Source: a virus. Taken from it: a stretch of 64,000 nucleotides of DNA. The stretch's first letter is position 1; the number at the start of each line of letters is the position of its first letter. The translations under genes were made by a program, and so were the position numbers. The notes beneath the pieces were generated by a model that saw only the letters and a list, made by a program, of their open reading frames with translations, was not told where the DNA came from and made no database searches. The stretch spans positions 1 to 64,000 of the IMG/VR virus record IMGVR_UViG_3300021960_000030. The stretch is one strand, 5' to 3'. Shown piece after piece: positions 33,501-41,143 of this stretch.

Positions 33501-36500
33501 AGTAAATCCACCAACACCAGCAACATCAAATGTTGGGTCGGGAGCACCAGAGGCACCGATATTGCTATCGGAAATCGTCAAGGTCTCTCCGTTGTAGTAA
33601 CCAATACCACCCTGATTAACTGTCAAGGAAACGTCACCAGTCGAGGAGATGCCTACATCGAAAGTGGCACCAGAACCAGTGCTGTTTAGATCGGTGCTAG
33701 TTGCGGGGACGTTAATGTAGTTGAAACCACCAATAGCGTTGACTTGGAACGTCAGTGCAGGTGCACCACCGCCACCCAGTTGGGAGTCCTGAACAGTGAT
33801 TGTTTCATTGATCGCAAACGAAATACCGCCACCAGTAACGGTAATGATACCAGCACCAGATCCATTAACAGTAATGTCGAAGTTTGCACCAGTACCAGAT
33901 CCAGATGTTGTGTAAGATACGTTTGTATATGTTCCAGCAACTCTGGAAGGATTGGCAGCACTCACGTTACCAACACCGAGGATATTACCACCACGGAGAG
34001 CATTAGCAGCAGAGATGTTTGCCATCAGGGTGACGCGACCACCTCTTGCTTGGTCTGCACCACTGATGCTATTCACGGATGCGATAACACCACCACGTCT
34101 TGCATCTGCAGCAGAGAGGTTATTAACAGCGTTAACTGCACCACCACGTCTTGCCTCAGCACCACTGAAGTTGTCGAGGGCAATAACGGTACCTGCACGA
34201 ACAACATCTGCAGAACTAAATCCACCAACGGTAGAAATCTTACCTGCACGAAGAACATTGACAGCAGTGGAAGTTGTCAGTGTACCAATGTTTGTCGCTC
34301 TAATCTGCTGAGCAGAAGAGATAGATCCAAGACTACCAACACCAGCACCGCGAGTTGCAGTAATGCCAGTAACGTTGTTAATGGCAGAAATAAATCCACC
34401 AGTACCCTCAGAACCATCAAAACGATATGCTGCCACCTGATCGGACTTTTGCTTCTGACCAAAGATGATCAGGTCGCCAGAATCATCAACCGAGTGGGTT
34501 GTTGCCTGTACACCAACAGTGTCAACATCTTCAATCGTGCTTTGCTTAAGAATGGTGCCATCAAACTTGATGTAGTGTGCAGCAACCTTTCTTACATTCT
34601 CAGCATACTTGGTATCTGTAACCAGAGTCACATTGCCAAAAATATCAATCTTGATGTCAGCATTCTTGATAGAAACGAACTGGGTGCTAGGAGCAAGTGT
34701 CTTATACCAAGACCAAACGGGTTCGTTAGCATTGATTTGATCAACACCCAGTCTAGCAATACCAACAGCAGAGTTCTTCTGGAGGGCATTGTTGAAGATA
34801 TCAAAGGTCAGATATACATCATTGTAGCTATCCATGGTGAACCGAGGATTCTGCGGTCTACCACCAGAGATATTGATGTTCTTAGCGTAAGAGAGTTCAA
34901 TGTTGTTACCATCAAAGAAGAACTCACCAATGATGATGTAATAGTCGGACATGTTCATGCCGACAAACAGATATCTAGCGTCACCAAGATGCATGATCTG
35001 GTGCATACGCTCATCATCACCAGAAGAGGAGAACTTACGCTTCTCTCTCATCTCACCGTCTTCATTCATCTGAATGACCCACATGTCATCGGGGTCAGGT
35101 GAGTTAGTATCGGTATAACCGCAGAGGTATACTCTTTCTTCTTCGCCAAGAGTAACACCCATCGCATAATCGCGACGAGTTGTACCAGAGACGCCAGAAA
35201 TCTCTTTCTGATATCTTACTTGCCCTTCAGGTTGGTTTGCATTGTCAAATGCAGACTCATACTTGACAAGGAGAATATCGGGTCTGTTATTAGCATTGTC
35301 ATACTCTGTTTCACCAACAACATAGATGATGTCGTTTTCTGCACGCTCATCAAGGTACATTTGCTTGAAGCGAGCAGTCTTGACGTTACCATCGTTGGTT
35401 TCAAGAGTGCGATCCCAGATCAGATCACCAACATCGCTAAACTTGGCAATCCAGGCACCAGTTGTGCCATCAGGTTTGGTGACAGAACCACAAACGTAGA
35501 CATAGCGGAGGGAACTTGTCAGAGAGTGATTGACGTTGAATACGCCAAGGGTTTCTTCACTCTGAGTGGTTTCTCTGTACTCGCCAGCATAGTAACGAGT
35601 TTTCTTGAAGATTTGGGGGTGAGAAACGCGAACTTGGGGAGGATTCTCAGGATCGTAGCTGTTACCAGAGTTGACGATTTTGATTTGAGTATCAGTGATC
35701 TGACCAGTCTGGGTAACGTTGATATTGAATACAGCGTCCTTACCAGAGGTCGTGATCAGTTCATATGACGGAGGAATCGATTCGTTGTAACCAACACCCT
35801 CCTGATCAATGACAATATCCTCAATACCAGAAACAACCTTTGTATAGTATGTCTTGTTGGTATTATCGGGGATAACTGCAGATCTGACGATTACTTCATC
35901 GCCAACATACAGTTCATGGTTGCCATCGGTGGTAATCTTACCGTATACAATGTCGTTCTCGATGACTTTTTGATATCCGAGGATAGTGAGACCTTCCACG
36001 GCAGAAACCGCAGCAGAAGCACCAAAACCACCAGATCCCTCGTTATTGAAGAAGATAACGTCATCTACCTGATAAGAAACACCAGGGTTCTCGATAACGA
36101 ATCCGTCAATCTGAGCAGACTCGAACTTAGTGATAGTTTCGACTTCAATGTCAACTCTAGACTCGTCAGAAACGGTCGGGAAGTAATCGTAGATTTGCAG
36201 AGTCGATTCTTCGGACAGTTCAATGACTTCCAACTGTTCATTGGAGTCAATGATGCCATCACCATTGGTATCTTGGATTTCCAGAACCAGAGGGTATGCC
36301 TCAAGTTCTGTAGTCAGAATATCTGGTTCTCTGTTGGGTTGACGGTCAACATCGATATCAACTTCAGTGAACGGATCGCGGAAACGGACAACATCGGAAG
36401 GAATATTATCCTGAGTCGCATTCTGACTCATATTCCACTGATCGGGTTGAGAATAGAACTCAGGACCCAGAATGTAGGGGAATACTGCTTGACCAGCGTC

Positions 36501-39500
36501 AGACTCGTCAATAGTTACAAAATATGCATAGGTACCATCGGGATACTCTGGTGTCTTACAGAAACGACCGTTGTAGGGGTCCAGATCGCCCAGTTGGAAG
36601 GCATATTCATAGTCATCAATGAATGTACCTGCAGGATACTGACTCAGTGGAGGACCATCACCACGAGTCGGATTCGGATTGGAATCTACCTCATAAACCA
36701 GTGCAGTCTTCTGACGATAGGAAGAACGCAGTCTTCTAAGACCACTATTTTGGTCTGTGGGATCAATATATCCATAAGGACCGTAAATCGGGTTGCCATC
36801 ATACGCCCAACCAAGAATCGGGGAGTGCTCATTGTTAGCAGTCTGTTCTTGGAATGTATTTGTTGCAGGATCCAGGAATACGTTGTCACCAACCACATAA
36901 CGCAGTTCTTTGGGGTCAACGAGGTGAGCATACTCACCACCAAACTGGTTGTTGTATCCAGTGAAGACATAACCTCTAGCAAAGTCATATTTGTCTGCCA
37001 GATCGTAATGCAAGTTCTTTGTCCACTGGAAAACGTTGGGGGAGAACTGTGCAAACTCACCAACTGCATTCAGACGAATAGTTGTATTGCCTTGAGTGTA
37101 GTTAATACCTTTGTTGAGGATTTGGATGCTAATAACCTTACCCTTATCTTCACCAATGGTGCCAATAACTGCCTTTGCAATAGCACCGAAACCATCACCA
37201 TTGATGACGACGTTGGGTGCAGTTGTATATCCACTACCAGAGTTAATGATAGCGATAGAGACAATGCGACCATTGATAACGATTGGTTGTGCAAGAGCAC
37301 CAGAACCAGAGTTCAACTTAATGGTCGGAAGGTCGGTATAACCAGAACCAGCATTGGTGAGGCTTACTGCAGAGATAGGACCACGAACACTAGCGGTTGC
37401 AGTAGCACCCTGACCGCCACCACCAGTGATGGAGATGATCGGTTGAGAGGTATACCCAGTTCCAGGTTGTTCAACCAGAACACGACTTACTCTTCCACCA
37501 GTGATAACTGCTTGTGCTGTAGCACCGATGCCACCACCACCCACAACAGATACCAGGGGTTGAGTTTGGTAACCAGAACCACCGTTGGTAACTTCAATGC
37601 TAAACAGAGAACCATTAACGGTTACTTCTGCAGTTGCACCAGATCCACCACCACCTGTGATCTCCAGTTGAGGTTTATTGCCTGCATCGTACCCTTTACC
37701 ACCATTAGTGATGTTAATGCCCGTCAGAGGACCATATCGAAGGAACTCAGAGGACTTATAGGACCATACCGAAACACCATTGACCCATGCACCAACGGCA
37801 CTATTCGACTTGATAGTTTCACGCTTAGAAACCGTAGTTACCTTTCTGGGGAAACGCAGCAGTTTACGCTGGTTGCCAGGGATAAGTGCTGTTCCAATGA
37901 AAGGACCAATCTTGTAGTTTGGAAGACCCGTTGCAGCAGCATAAACATACTGTGCATTAAAGAACGAGTTTTGGATGTTGCTGGTAAACGGTGTAATCGC
38001 AGTATTGATCGCAGTAACGTCAGACTTACCACGGTTTAGGTCAACCGACAACAGAATATTGCCCTGAGGAACAATATTTGTAGGAGCAAGCATCTGATAA
38101 GAGAACGTATACTCGTCAAGACGTGCTGTGACTTGGAAGGTGCCGTTATAGACAGTTGGGTTTGCACCATACACTGTCACGTTATCTTCCACCAGAAGAC
38201 CGTGAGGATTAGATGTAACAATGGTTGCGGTCTGATTATTCTGACCACCAGGAGTTACAGTATCAACAGCGATAAGTTTTTTGACGTTATACAACCAAGA
38301 AGACAGTTTTTCGTCCTGATCGGTAGCACCAAGAGATGCAACAGTCAGTTTGTCGCCTTCAAGATAGTAGGAACCAGTATCATCAAGAGTTGTGCTTCCT
38401 GCCTCAGCAATACCCAGAATACGCAGTTTGCACTGCTGAGCAGTGCCATAGTTGACGTAAACGTAGATATCAGAATATACAACGGTGCCAGGATCCCAAT
38501 CCTCTACAACACCGTTCTTGGAACGAGTACATTCGATGAACTGGTTCAGAGAACGCTCTTTGTATTGAACAATCTCTTCGTCGTTGATACGAATGGTACC
38601 GTTTCTTGCTGGCCAACCAATCGTAGAGTCAACTGTAATGATCTGATCGGTTGTGCTCAGGAACTCAACAAGTTTCGTCTTGTATGGGATGATAAACGTG
38701 CCCTGCAGGGTTTCTTCAGAGATAGACAGTTCATAAATGGTGTCAGTACCCTTAATGATCGAAATAACGTTCTCGATCAGTGCAGAGGCGGAAGTTACGT
38801 TGATATCAACCTCATCAGGAATCTGTACCAGCTCACCGTTGATCAGATCGTTGGGATTACCTTCAATAAGGGTTGCACGGAGGATTGTGTCAACAACCCA
38901 AGTAGCAGCAGAGGGAGAAATGACTTCATCGCGAGGATAATAGACATCGATCTCTTCACCAAAGAGAACTTTGAACAAGAACTGGGTTGCAGTCTTGGTA
39001 CCCTTAGATACATAGAAATCTCGAATACGCTTGATAACCTGAACAGGGTTTACCTTTGTGTAATCGAGTTGAATGGTTGGCAGGTATTGACGACGGATCT
39101 TATCGAAGATCTGACGCAGGAATAATGTATCAAGAGACGTAACAGTCGCACCAGCAACGTGATTGCTGAGTCTGAGTTGTCCTTCTGTTGCAAAGATTTG
39201 GTTTCCTACGTTATCATAGGTGATTGTTCCGCTGGTGCCACGCACACAGCCCACCAGAGCAGACGGTTTGTAACCGTTGCCAGATGTGTTGATTTCAAAT
39301 CCAGTAACCTCATCGAAACCAATATCTACCGATGCTCTAGCAGCAGAAGGTTCAGCAATGTAGATTTTTGGAGGGAAGTTGGTATCGTATCCTTCACCAA
39401 AGTTGGTGATACTAATGTCAGTGATCTCACCGTTAAAGATAGTTGCAACTGCAGTTGCACCTCTACCACCGATCGGCAGACCAGCGGCATCTTTGCGGTC

Positions 39501-41138
39501 GTCAACAATGTATACAGACGGGGGGTCAACATAACCCTTACCGCCAGTCAAGAGTTGAATATCGGTAACCGAACCAGAAGCAACAGTAACACCCAACACC
39601 TGAGCACCAACAGGTTGGATGATGCGTGCTCTAGGAACGGTTGTATACCCTCTACCACGGTTTGTGATCACCACTTGGACCAAAGTACCCTCAGGGTTCA
39701 ATACAGAGACCGCTTGGGCGTCAATACCGTCCACAGGAGCTTGATCGATATAAACCAAAGGAGGGTTGGAATATCCAAAACCACCAGCAGTTACCTGAAT
39801 GGTATCAGTAATCAAACGACCTTCGCTATCGATCTCGGGATCGGTAATAACTGCACCAGTGGGGTTTTTGAAAGTAACCGCAGGGATAAAATCGTAACCA
39901 GAACCAGAGTTTGTGATTTTAAGGGAACTTACTTGACCAGTTGCATCGTCAATAACCAGTTCTGCTGTTGCTTGAGTACCAAACGGATCTGTAGGAGGTG
40001 CAATCTCGATCAGCGGGGGGTTGTAAGATGTATAACCCTGTCCACCACCGATGAGGTTGATATTTTTAGCACCACCGATCAAACTACGAGCAGTTGCACC
40101 AACACCACCAAGGTCAGAAGGAGTAATCGTGACTTTTGGAGCAAACTCAAGACGATAACCACTACCACCGTTCTTGACCAGCAGATCGATCAAGTTTCCT
40201 TCTTCATTAACAGCGGAAACAATCTGTGCACCAGAACCAACGTTGGGAGAGATATACTCAATCGAACGAATAGTCAGTCTTTCACTAGAAGACAGTTGCA
40301 GACCACGGAACTCAATATATGTGCCATCATTGGAAGTCTGATAGATCACATAGTCAATGTATGGTCTTTGGAAGATACCATTCCTATTGACGATCAGACC
40401 AACTTCTGATACGGGAGTGTAGAACTGAGTACCAGAACGAAGAGGGTGAGTTTTAGAACCATCTTTAATCGGATTTTCATCCAGAGTGTCGATAATGATG
40501 TCCGCAAAACCAACCATGTAGATGATGGAGGTTGTGTTGGGATCATCTGTACCAAGTCTTGCTCTAGGGGGAGTTGCAAGGCGAATCTTGTCGCCTTCAA
40601 CGTAATAATCCTCACCAGGGATTTGTGCTACGCCATATACACGCACAACAAGGTGATCTGCCGAGACAGGTTGAATCGGTTCACCCAGGAATCTCAGATT
40701 GAAGGTATTTTGAACGCCATCGAAGTATTGGAAAGGAGATTCCAGAAGTTGTTCTTTCTTCTTGAACTCTTCAGTCGAAATACCAGGGGTCAGAATCGCA
40801 TCAGGACCTCTAGTCAGTGATTCGTAGTAGATAACTTCATTATCAATCAGAACACTACCGTTCTGCTCGATAAATCCATCGATGGACTCGACTTCGATCA
40901 GGTCTTCGACAAACCCGATATCTTTTAGTAGAGTAGTGCCAGCAGAGAGGGTTCTCTGTGAATATGAATCAACGTCGAGGTACAGGTTGACGTTATTCAG
41001 GATATCGAATGGCCTACCTGTCTTTTCCTGTGATTTGTAATATTCAAACAGGAAGTTTACGAACTGCTGATCCTCTTCCCTGATAAAATCAGGTACCTGA
41101 TAAGCAACTCTGTCAGATACGTTGATGTTCTTTTGCAT
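18567..41138 (-). CDS. Giant 7523-aa gp7-like baseplate wedge/structural protein; multidomain (Gly-rich beta repeats, YHYH-like part, beta-propeller, two LamG/ConA-like domains, nested repeats, phycobiliprotein-like domains, Ig-like C-terminus)
   Basis: Directly downstream of gp6. QVPDFIREEDQQFVNFLFEYYKSQE, IKRIRDFYVSKGT..FLFKVLFGE and IQDSYFYQNFSYVIKS..HPTGFNMFG motifs resemble cyanophage gp7-like proteins. One uninterrupted frame. Confidence 0.85.
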   Translation of the reverse strand: MQKNINVSDRVAYQVPDFIREEDQQFVNFLFEYYKSQEKTGRPFDILNNVNLYLDVDSYSQRTLSAGTTLLKDIGFVEDLIEVESIDGFIEQNGSVLIDNEVIYYESLTRGPDAILTPGISTEEFKKKEQLLESPFQYFDGVQNTFNLRFLGEPIQPVSADHLVVRVYGVAQIPGEDYYVEGDKIRLATPPRARLGTDDPNTTSIIYMVGFADIIIDTLDENPIKDGSKTHPLRSGTQFYTPVSEVGLIVNRNGIFQRPYIDYVIYQTSNDGTYIEFRGLQLSSSERLTIRSIEYISPNVGSGAQIVSAVNEEGNLIDLLVKNGGSGYRLEFAPKVTITPSDLGGVGATARSLIGGAKNINLIGGGQGYTSYNPPLIEIAPPTDPFGTQATAELVIDDATGQVSSLKITNSGSGYDFIPAVTFKNPTGAVITDPEIDSEGRLITDTIQVTAGGFGYSNPPLVYIDQAPVDGIDAQAVSVLNPEGTLVQVVITNRGRGYTTVPRARIIQPVGAQVLGVTVASGSVTDIQLLTGGKGYVDPPSVYIVDDRKDAAGLPIGGRGATAVATIFNGEITDISITNFGEGYDTNFPPKIYIAEPSAARASVDIGFDEVTGFEINTSGNGYKPSALVGCVRGTSGTITYDNVGNQIFATEGQLRLSNHVAGATVTSLDTLFLRQIFDKIRRQYLPTIQLDYTKVNPVQVIKRIRDFYVSKGTKTATQFLFKVLFGEEIDVYYPRDEVISPSAATWVVDTILRATLIEGNPNDLINGELVQIPDEVDINVTSASALIENVISIIKGTDTIYELSISEETLQGTFIIPYKTKLVEFLSTTDQIITVDSTIGWPARNGTIRINDEEIVQYKERSLNQFIECTRSKNGVVEDWDPGTVVYSDIYVYVNYGTAQQCKLRILGIAEAGSTTLDDTGSYYLEGDKLTVASLGATDQDEKLSSWLYNVKKLIAVDTVTPGGQNNQTATIVTSNPHGLLVEDNVTVYGANPTVYNGTFQVTARLDEYTFSYQMLAPTNIVPQGNILLSVDLNRGKSDVTAINTAITPFTSNIQNSFFNAQYVYAAATGLPNYKIGPFIGTALIPGNQRKLLRFPRKVTTVSKRETIKSNSAVGAWVNGVSVWSYKSSEFLRYGPLTGINITNGGKGYDAGNKPQLEITGGGGSGATAEVTVNGSLFSIEVTNGGSGYQTQPLVSVVGGGGIGATAQAVITGGRVSRVLVEQPGTGYTSQPIISITGGGGQGATATASVRGPISAVSLTNAGSGYTDLPTIKLNSGSGALAQPIVINGRIVSIAIINSGSGYTTAPNVVINGDGFGAIAKAVIGTIGEDKGKVISIQILNKGINYTQGNTTIRLNAVGEFAQFSPNVFQWTKNLHYDLADKYDFARGYVFTGYNNQFGGEYAHLVDPKELRYVVGDNVFLDPATNTFQEQTANNEHSPILGWAYDGNPIYGPYGYIDPTDQNSGLRRLRSSYRQKTALVYEVDSNPNPTRGDGPPLSQYPAGTFIDDYEYAFQLGDLDPYNGRFCKTPEYPDGTYAYFVTIDESDAGQAVFPYILGPEFYSQPDQWNMSQNATQDNIPSDVVRFRDPFTEVDIDVDRQPNREPDILTTELEAYPLVLEIQDTNGDGIIDSNEQLEVIELSEESTLQIYDYFPTVSDESRVDIEVETITKFESAQIDGFVIENPGVSYQVDDVIFFNNEGSGGFGASAAVSAVEGLTILGYQKVIENDIVYGKITTDGNHELYVGDEVIVRSAVIPDNTNKTYYTKVVSGIEDIVIDQEGVGYNESIPPSYELITTSGKDAVFNINVTQTGQITDTQIKIVNSGNSYDPENPPQVRVSHPQIFKKTRYYAGEYRETTQSEETLGVFNVNHSLTSSLRYVYVCGSVTKPDGTTGAWIAKFSDVGDLIWDRTLETNDGNVKTARFKQMYLDERAENDIIYVVGETEYDNANNRPDILLVKYESAFDNANQPEGQVRYQKEISGVSGTTRRDYAMGVTLGEEERVYLCGYTDTNSPDPDDMWVIQMNEDGEMREKRKFSSSGDDERMHQIMHLGDARYLFVGMNMSDYYIIIGEFFFDGNNIELSYAKNINISGGRPQNPRFTMDSYNDVYLTFDIFNNALQKNSAVGIARLGVDQINANEPVWSWYKTLAPSTQFVSIKNADIKIDIFGNVTLVTDTKYAENVRKVAAHYIKFDGTILKQSTIEDVDTVGVQATTHSVDDSGDLIIFGQKQKSDQVAAYRFDGSEGTGGFISAINNVTGITATRGAGVGSLGSISSAQQIRATNIGTLTTSTAVNVLRAGKISTVGGFSSADVVRAGTVIALDNFSGAEARRGGAVNAVNNLSAADARRGGVIASVNSISGADQARGGRVTLMANISAANALRGGNILGVGNVSAANPSRVAGTYTNVSYTTSGSGTGANFDITVNGSGAGIITVTGGGISFAINETITVQDSQLGGGGAPALTFQVNAIGGFNYINVPATSTDLNSTGSGATFDVGISSTGDVSLTVNQGGIGYYNGETLTISDSNIGASGAPDPTFDVAGVGGFTYTNVASTNNGVGVNATFNVTIDGVGAATVVQVNQGGLAYAAGNTVTISDTLLGNNGAANLTFNVATITAPSTYTNVPVTSTTGIGTGAVFNVTIDASGAASVVSGNPAGLSYAVGDTITIADSSLGNSGAADLTFDVATIKAPPLYSNVATTTNGLGSGLTLQVTINADGSVAFLNVTSPGNGYVVGDTITIADADVGNTGASNITAEVSSVGGGAIYNVSNYTSTGSGTGAQFAITVDSSGAIILVNITNTGNGFVAGETVTISDSELGNRGAANFTFNVTATNGITYSGISTWTSTNNGFGGGTGATFNITLDNLGNFTSLTPVNRGQNFVLNDVVTIPDSQLGNTGAPNLQMTVASIQGHTYNNVSATTNGTGQYATFNVTVDGTGLATPVVNNPGQEYQVADTFTITDAQLGNFGGNNLTFAVAALQDITYSNISAAGGNGVNATLDVNVAANGIVTVGMNKTGRGYLIGNTLTVTDSQLGGYGYSDITFDVQTTINVFDETKLNRGTPQYYNATDASIDAVAYKWGTGSTKLEAANHYGITSLDLNTSEWTLQGWFRIDTATQSLNNSQPTFFETHPNDGSNPSNTLRLFVDGDSGSASYGKLKLLWQGSNVVAESVSATVWATFAADAWVHIALSKTQPTLGAYDFACYVNGQQLALWSGSTTNIGIDEVYVGGIKVPTTYTTLLGNIDDFVIDDDSQYSGASFTLPTAAVPIRTTNSGVSIYKIDRQHDRRGTFALTDLPNSTSVAFVADGNWTYNNQTQPLMSTWAIGPGGLQILDYAEVTSQLQTGIYTFDYDQVLYGSKTSTVPSPGGKRLVLIPVVTPKYYIKDARYQKIDSVQQLTFNQEVRFTKGEILQQYNDQGTTQRYGTIVEIPAGTIENPGLGTTYRIGNIFPAAATFNLTDKIRSTSATDTGLNVIAGITFTVARDIPEWEQAASYIAGDQVYSAGNIYTASTNGTAGTNEPVHTTGNASDGGVSWDFTTTGNTPIEVDLANTAYPTPKDPLWEKLKIYDIGAVVYYGRNKYTCVGAGRTSQNPPTHSTGTATDGTVQWEHTLTYDPLSDYATFKEFDAGENWYSITVDEIYSDSNFIANDNLSIGGSVTVNPKEDAPTILQINGVGSVKQISLVAVLDKTILVKTQTRTDLVYCVANSAHKYSANDILFTEGFSTSEFNGSFFVKEVFSSRDFTFQVRGVPANEPGFLQNSIARVNIYTKHPTLLLIRNHNYVFDMSDSSNLGYYLSFSQDNEFKLEYSFNNIERQGTPGIYDGTNAPFVKLKVDGQVTNISYYFDPSRTGANSPVGGTSFIDVKKTPFDGTYKVSSIVSTNEFQFPLDFEPENTNAEIGSDDQNRPYSDYSTTSKRAIGPIADIKLISAGGFYQKLPIISDIASFRQIERVEILSGGSEYAIGTYDQVPINGDGEGGLCRITVEVDEEIGSGTIVSVVVTDPGKGYTVATVDVDGIQGILGPTLTGSGADLGVIIPDEGSGASVFLTGKNIGKIKKLKNNEFGYGYSHDYTLKPEITFPINLQLFNTSILSQITITDPGAGYTSAPAVIIEGGGGVGAEAVAIVKNNRLSEIQIKNPGAGYSSEPSVTLKSEFNYVVNLDLNYLQFNFPHGITNGAAVQFRADDVGNTVGELPKPSSAGLTSLVVGQIYYAIAGETNSLEGDQLRFALTPADAESGNFITFLTQGAGRQVLLTEVFGGRAKAVVETSRFLEGEKVYQGDSEEDATVTAFVSENNGWQIGPKILKLVNATGNFVVGERVNGSVSRASGVIDNVSLAKGVLNIDSLTQTPGKFIDDVGKPSEIVQKIQDSYFYQNFSYVIKSTIPINRWREQILENNHPTGFNMFGQLQLTGGKDISGRKVGTEFIKQVNINEYTNVNQVTSFGAAQPIYSDFNNTEVLFRKKRLTNSEEILTSIVKKLDDISGEFDGIQTGFNLTVEGEQVIVKNNQLLITLNGIIQAPVDAYDVVGGQIVFKEAPKAPSKVVYRDVGLEFLTITRLNLSDVSGIYPEIGYQVSGAASDALGTVVASGTNTIDIVAIVGGPFQNNERIDVSALGFSALIASQTVLTQSTLYEFDETLVCTNRSRGNPTAQVNAINLDENGDPNSAIVVSKTTGTAKYETGVFDFRLQDIVYSTRSSLAARITFLAPYRDPVTNDVVGEQILTAGSSFYGLLFERIVSTSYPNILLDDISKSTITPTELFDDEERINAYFLDFEEVRSSEVTYTNLTNGVFGNGDEIRNIKVFYNNPIYGAAYGTAAPRYYDARNRIAASKDEIIDFATAEISVEHEDFYYPGQPQTDPRSRFRDGYRLVIKNKSWIVAKTYQDMILQYPSLVVPNSDKCKRDLGHFIDAVAYDMYAGGNKYARKFIQMYYTSQGLGYINQQLAETTWAYGRAADYMADAITNQLFGTETIDAVVYTKYQDLTVTEGGATYGAPGTISNTDTAACADVRAAVDTLATAITETLLGNQDFEDIDPEEPSYNATEDKCRRDVGYFVDGLASDVGQGGNLGVVTWARFYFQNGTFISNGVAGEEAETITALNKARDLAKRAINNLLYEKDLTILNDPASYGGTAPGHDYDVNYANGNNQSDTNCADVQSTIDTLTTIATTAINNQTLANINALSSIDDGSFRDGETVRVIKIAYKNKSTGLFNRLDNVRGVTSGTTMSLEGVNSGLKWLFATSAGVGGTFAADEYITNSTLTNPGAAQVTQSVLNVKTDLANSTKSLKFVANSWLKQAESYDFDFGTGDFTLEGWFYPTGIVGQQTLFDLRRTAGTGLMVEINNDTLRVYSGSGNLVIISNAVFTANTWHHVAVVRTSGVMLAYVDGVQAGGSATNNDDFGWGPCYVGSNLTGSNGFIGNADQIAVYKGYAKYTAGFTAPTSNNWDDERIVLGLNAEQPFIVSTSEVYAQFSGQTVSSATAKRIDYEDKRVIVEDIDLGRDSHRNAADLILKNDKWIAEVAVGRMKAKYSDFVMPGDDPATNTYQGTYYCLRDTEEFILDAIIKDLKYGGDYYTTVAAKGYLEKDGSLEFIGKELLQSLYAWEQAGELCKYVVTTTDTDLTDTYSEKLRIPLTGTAATQQVLDNIDALTQNILNILAPTGDRFRDAGDALWLNRDYIAEEVVGYIENKWEVTINGTYYDKLQIPGGNNGQICIRDIKQYIIPAIIADLLTGGNAAVNEVIDFYLNGEQDILHVSEELLPMLDAISYTKYLSTKAINQLLVQFGQAPNPAQGTTNVDDYYIAQYTQKVPYIDHGVTVDPQGYNANRADNNQLIDAADMIERNKKQIATEAVMRMNDLAKFQDLQIPGGQQNCIDDVVGFIEALVHDIRLGGNSKVYDAAELYIEPENNSLRHIESEAEASIYAYKMARDICILAMRNGFGRDNIYGYGAGEENDPSVESYDQNGVASRYVDAANILDRNIRFIAEEAVYRTTVQYPALVIPGGNINCVHDIADTLNAIVFNMKYGGNNMVYDAAEFYVGTAGLQHVASQSTESVYAFNQARDIAIQVMRAVPVINTGNEVHGFEQKYYDELDYEPYKFRTRDYVTLDENALTGGTTANRSRAADAYNLIYNNARWIAEGVVNTFVATNGWTIPNGTVSCIDDTERILKGVAYHVAYGGNSYVWDYANEYVQNGHIGSPQNGWTQAIFNYINSSILPDVIRNIQPVAANSWNAAGRTTLTQYRDLTITADVTQPACPTEVSAATTLLSIVTDAVVNGNMNHASRTVPPGGGACSNVESSINDLFGIVTDTITNYTTLGGVTRTLPTIWPMKYTADSAERDLTITYDQSASSWGNTCQNVAVVINDLFDIVLQTITDASASSPSNYLQSITRTVPTDGFTNTLYQQYTCYNVIDAAWTLFDLMLDSLGSGSYSNRLTAEFIRKNDHAITGRAVAATLAQYPSGNIPDLAYAQDVLEACIYDIATGGNAGAFKLANEWFDGEGNFIAYPTIQRIRLLYCMNKVREYAKDVMFNFDNPAWTPYDVWSPEQVQGYTPRLEWDQESTEFNMDSSLNCLEFAIERGTFPSDNVVTFVASTDVQNLNNSYNEGEDYNTDPALVLLTPTIEVGWEREENRVRINRTNFFRRGDVLKYVLASATSLDGANDQDFYYVLNAEAQWFEISRMPKHDARFRDFTLDTTNTGNQQFFTARRAGVTRVTNDFGIRDIQTPISAGFNIADVLVGTTTGTSAEVSSTFINNAKVVKTFKYYGLETMSTTTFIDGEQVVVQGSTGNNGYVMQHVTPDEFDNGWIKIETLQGTISQGDILEGIDSGATATVTAVAEDRLLLNTKTGIFTQGDWLFKKDTATEAYIDVYNDKRGVLIGTGGGRITMDVETINSAWTPGDVIYGSVTDKYLDLVGIEDNGQAISVNTYVHGQKVYKLSLTSVSRDTGYTGNFNSGDTVYLLQGTTIAVPGITATVSKWDNRPNDGINDLYLTSPVQTGGGNLPINTFGAGGYNVGKFENLNNFPLIFASGNFVETTYSAYGKIAKIEQTGTTARCWLEEVVGDFLTNMTITSDGGWQAGVSLARDLIGRVNRYFRGFDGSQTTFKLTIANGEQYLPDPAGHMLIFVNGILQPPGAAAAYTASSDEITFTEAPEVGSEFIGYYIGKLRQLDDISFEFDSLRSSFNLKYQGGFYSLTLTEGVSSNTILPENNIIVSLNGIIQEPGVGYEIVGSRIIFSEIPRAGTTFVSFSYIGSDADVIAATVVPPIEAGDQLFIEGENELEPREVALIESSNSLVTFEYTGTVKGRNAAALANIRQGTLSAAIITNPGNGYTTRPNVDVISSSGFDGRVRAQMGVASIQVKTPGVGYALPTVSVLTTVADDFTTPQGAPINGGFDVYAGEAIDATTGETITIESGAIQITRQPLNITVNQGQTAVFNVIAVFNAADGDPLGVTEGLNYQWQKKNYGETDWNNIIGANQSIYTTSSTIQGDDGDEYRVAITYAGATPVYSNSSVLKVQTGATVIANFVPSSIFAQ
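21440..26702 (-). repeat. About eight phycobiliprotein-like helical domains inside the giant protein, split by a LamG-like domain at ~24.8-25.3 kb
   Basis: Repeating R..DA...I..N...IA.EAV......P....PGG...C..D......A...D...GGN pattern. Confidence 0.75.
32004..34400 (-). repeat. Nine 17-aa repeats followed by nine ~70-aa repeats inside the giant protein
   Basis: 33942-34400 is exactly 9x51 nt, each unit ending in Arg; then nine units of the TY.NV...G.GA.F.VT...G..Y..G.T.TI.DS.LG..GA..LTF.V type. Confidence 0.9.
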
Positions 41139-41143
41139 TTATC

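Noticed and set aside
18567-41138. Intein, intron or misassembly as the cause of the 7523-aa length
   Set aside because: I saw no splicing or homing-endonuclease motifs, and the repeats are diverged at DNA level rather than identical copies.
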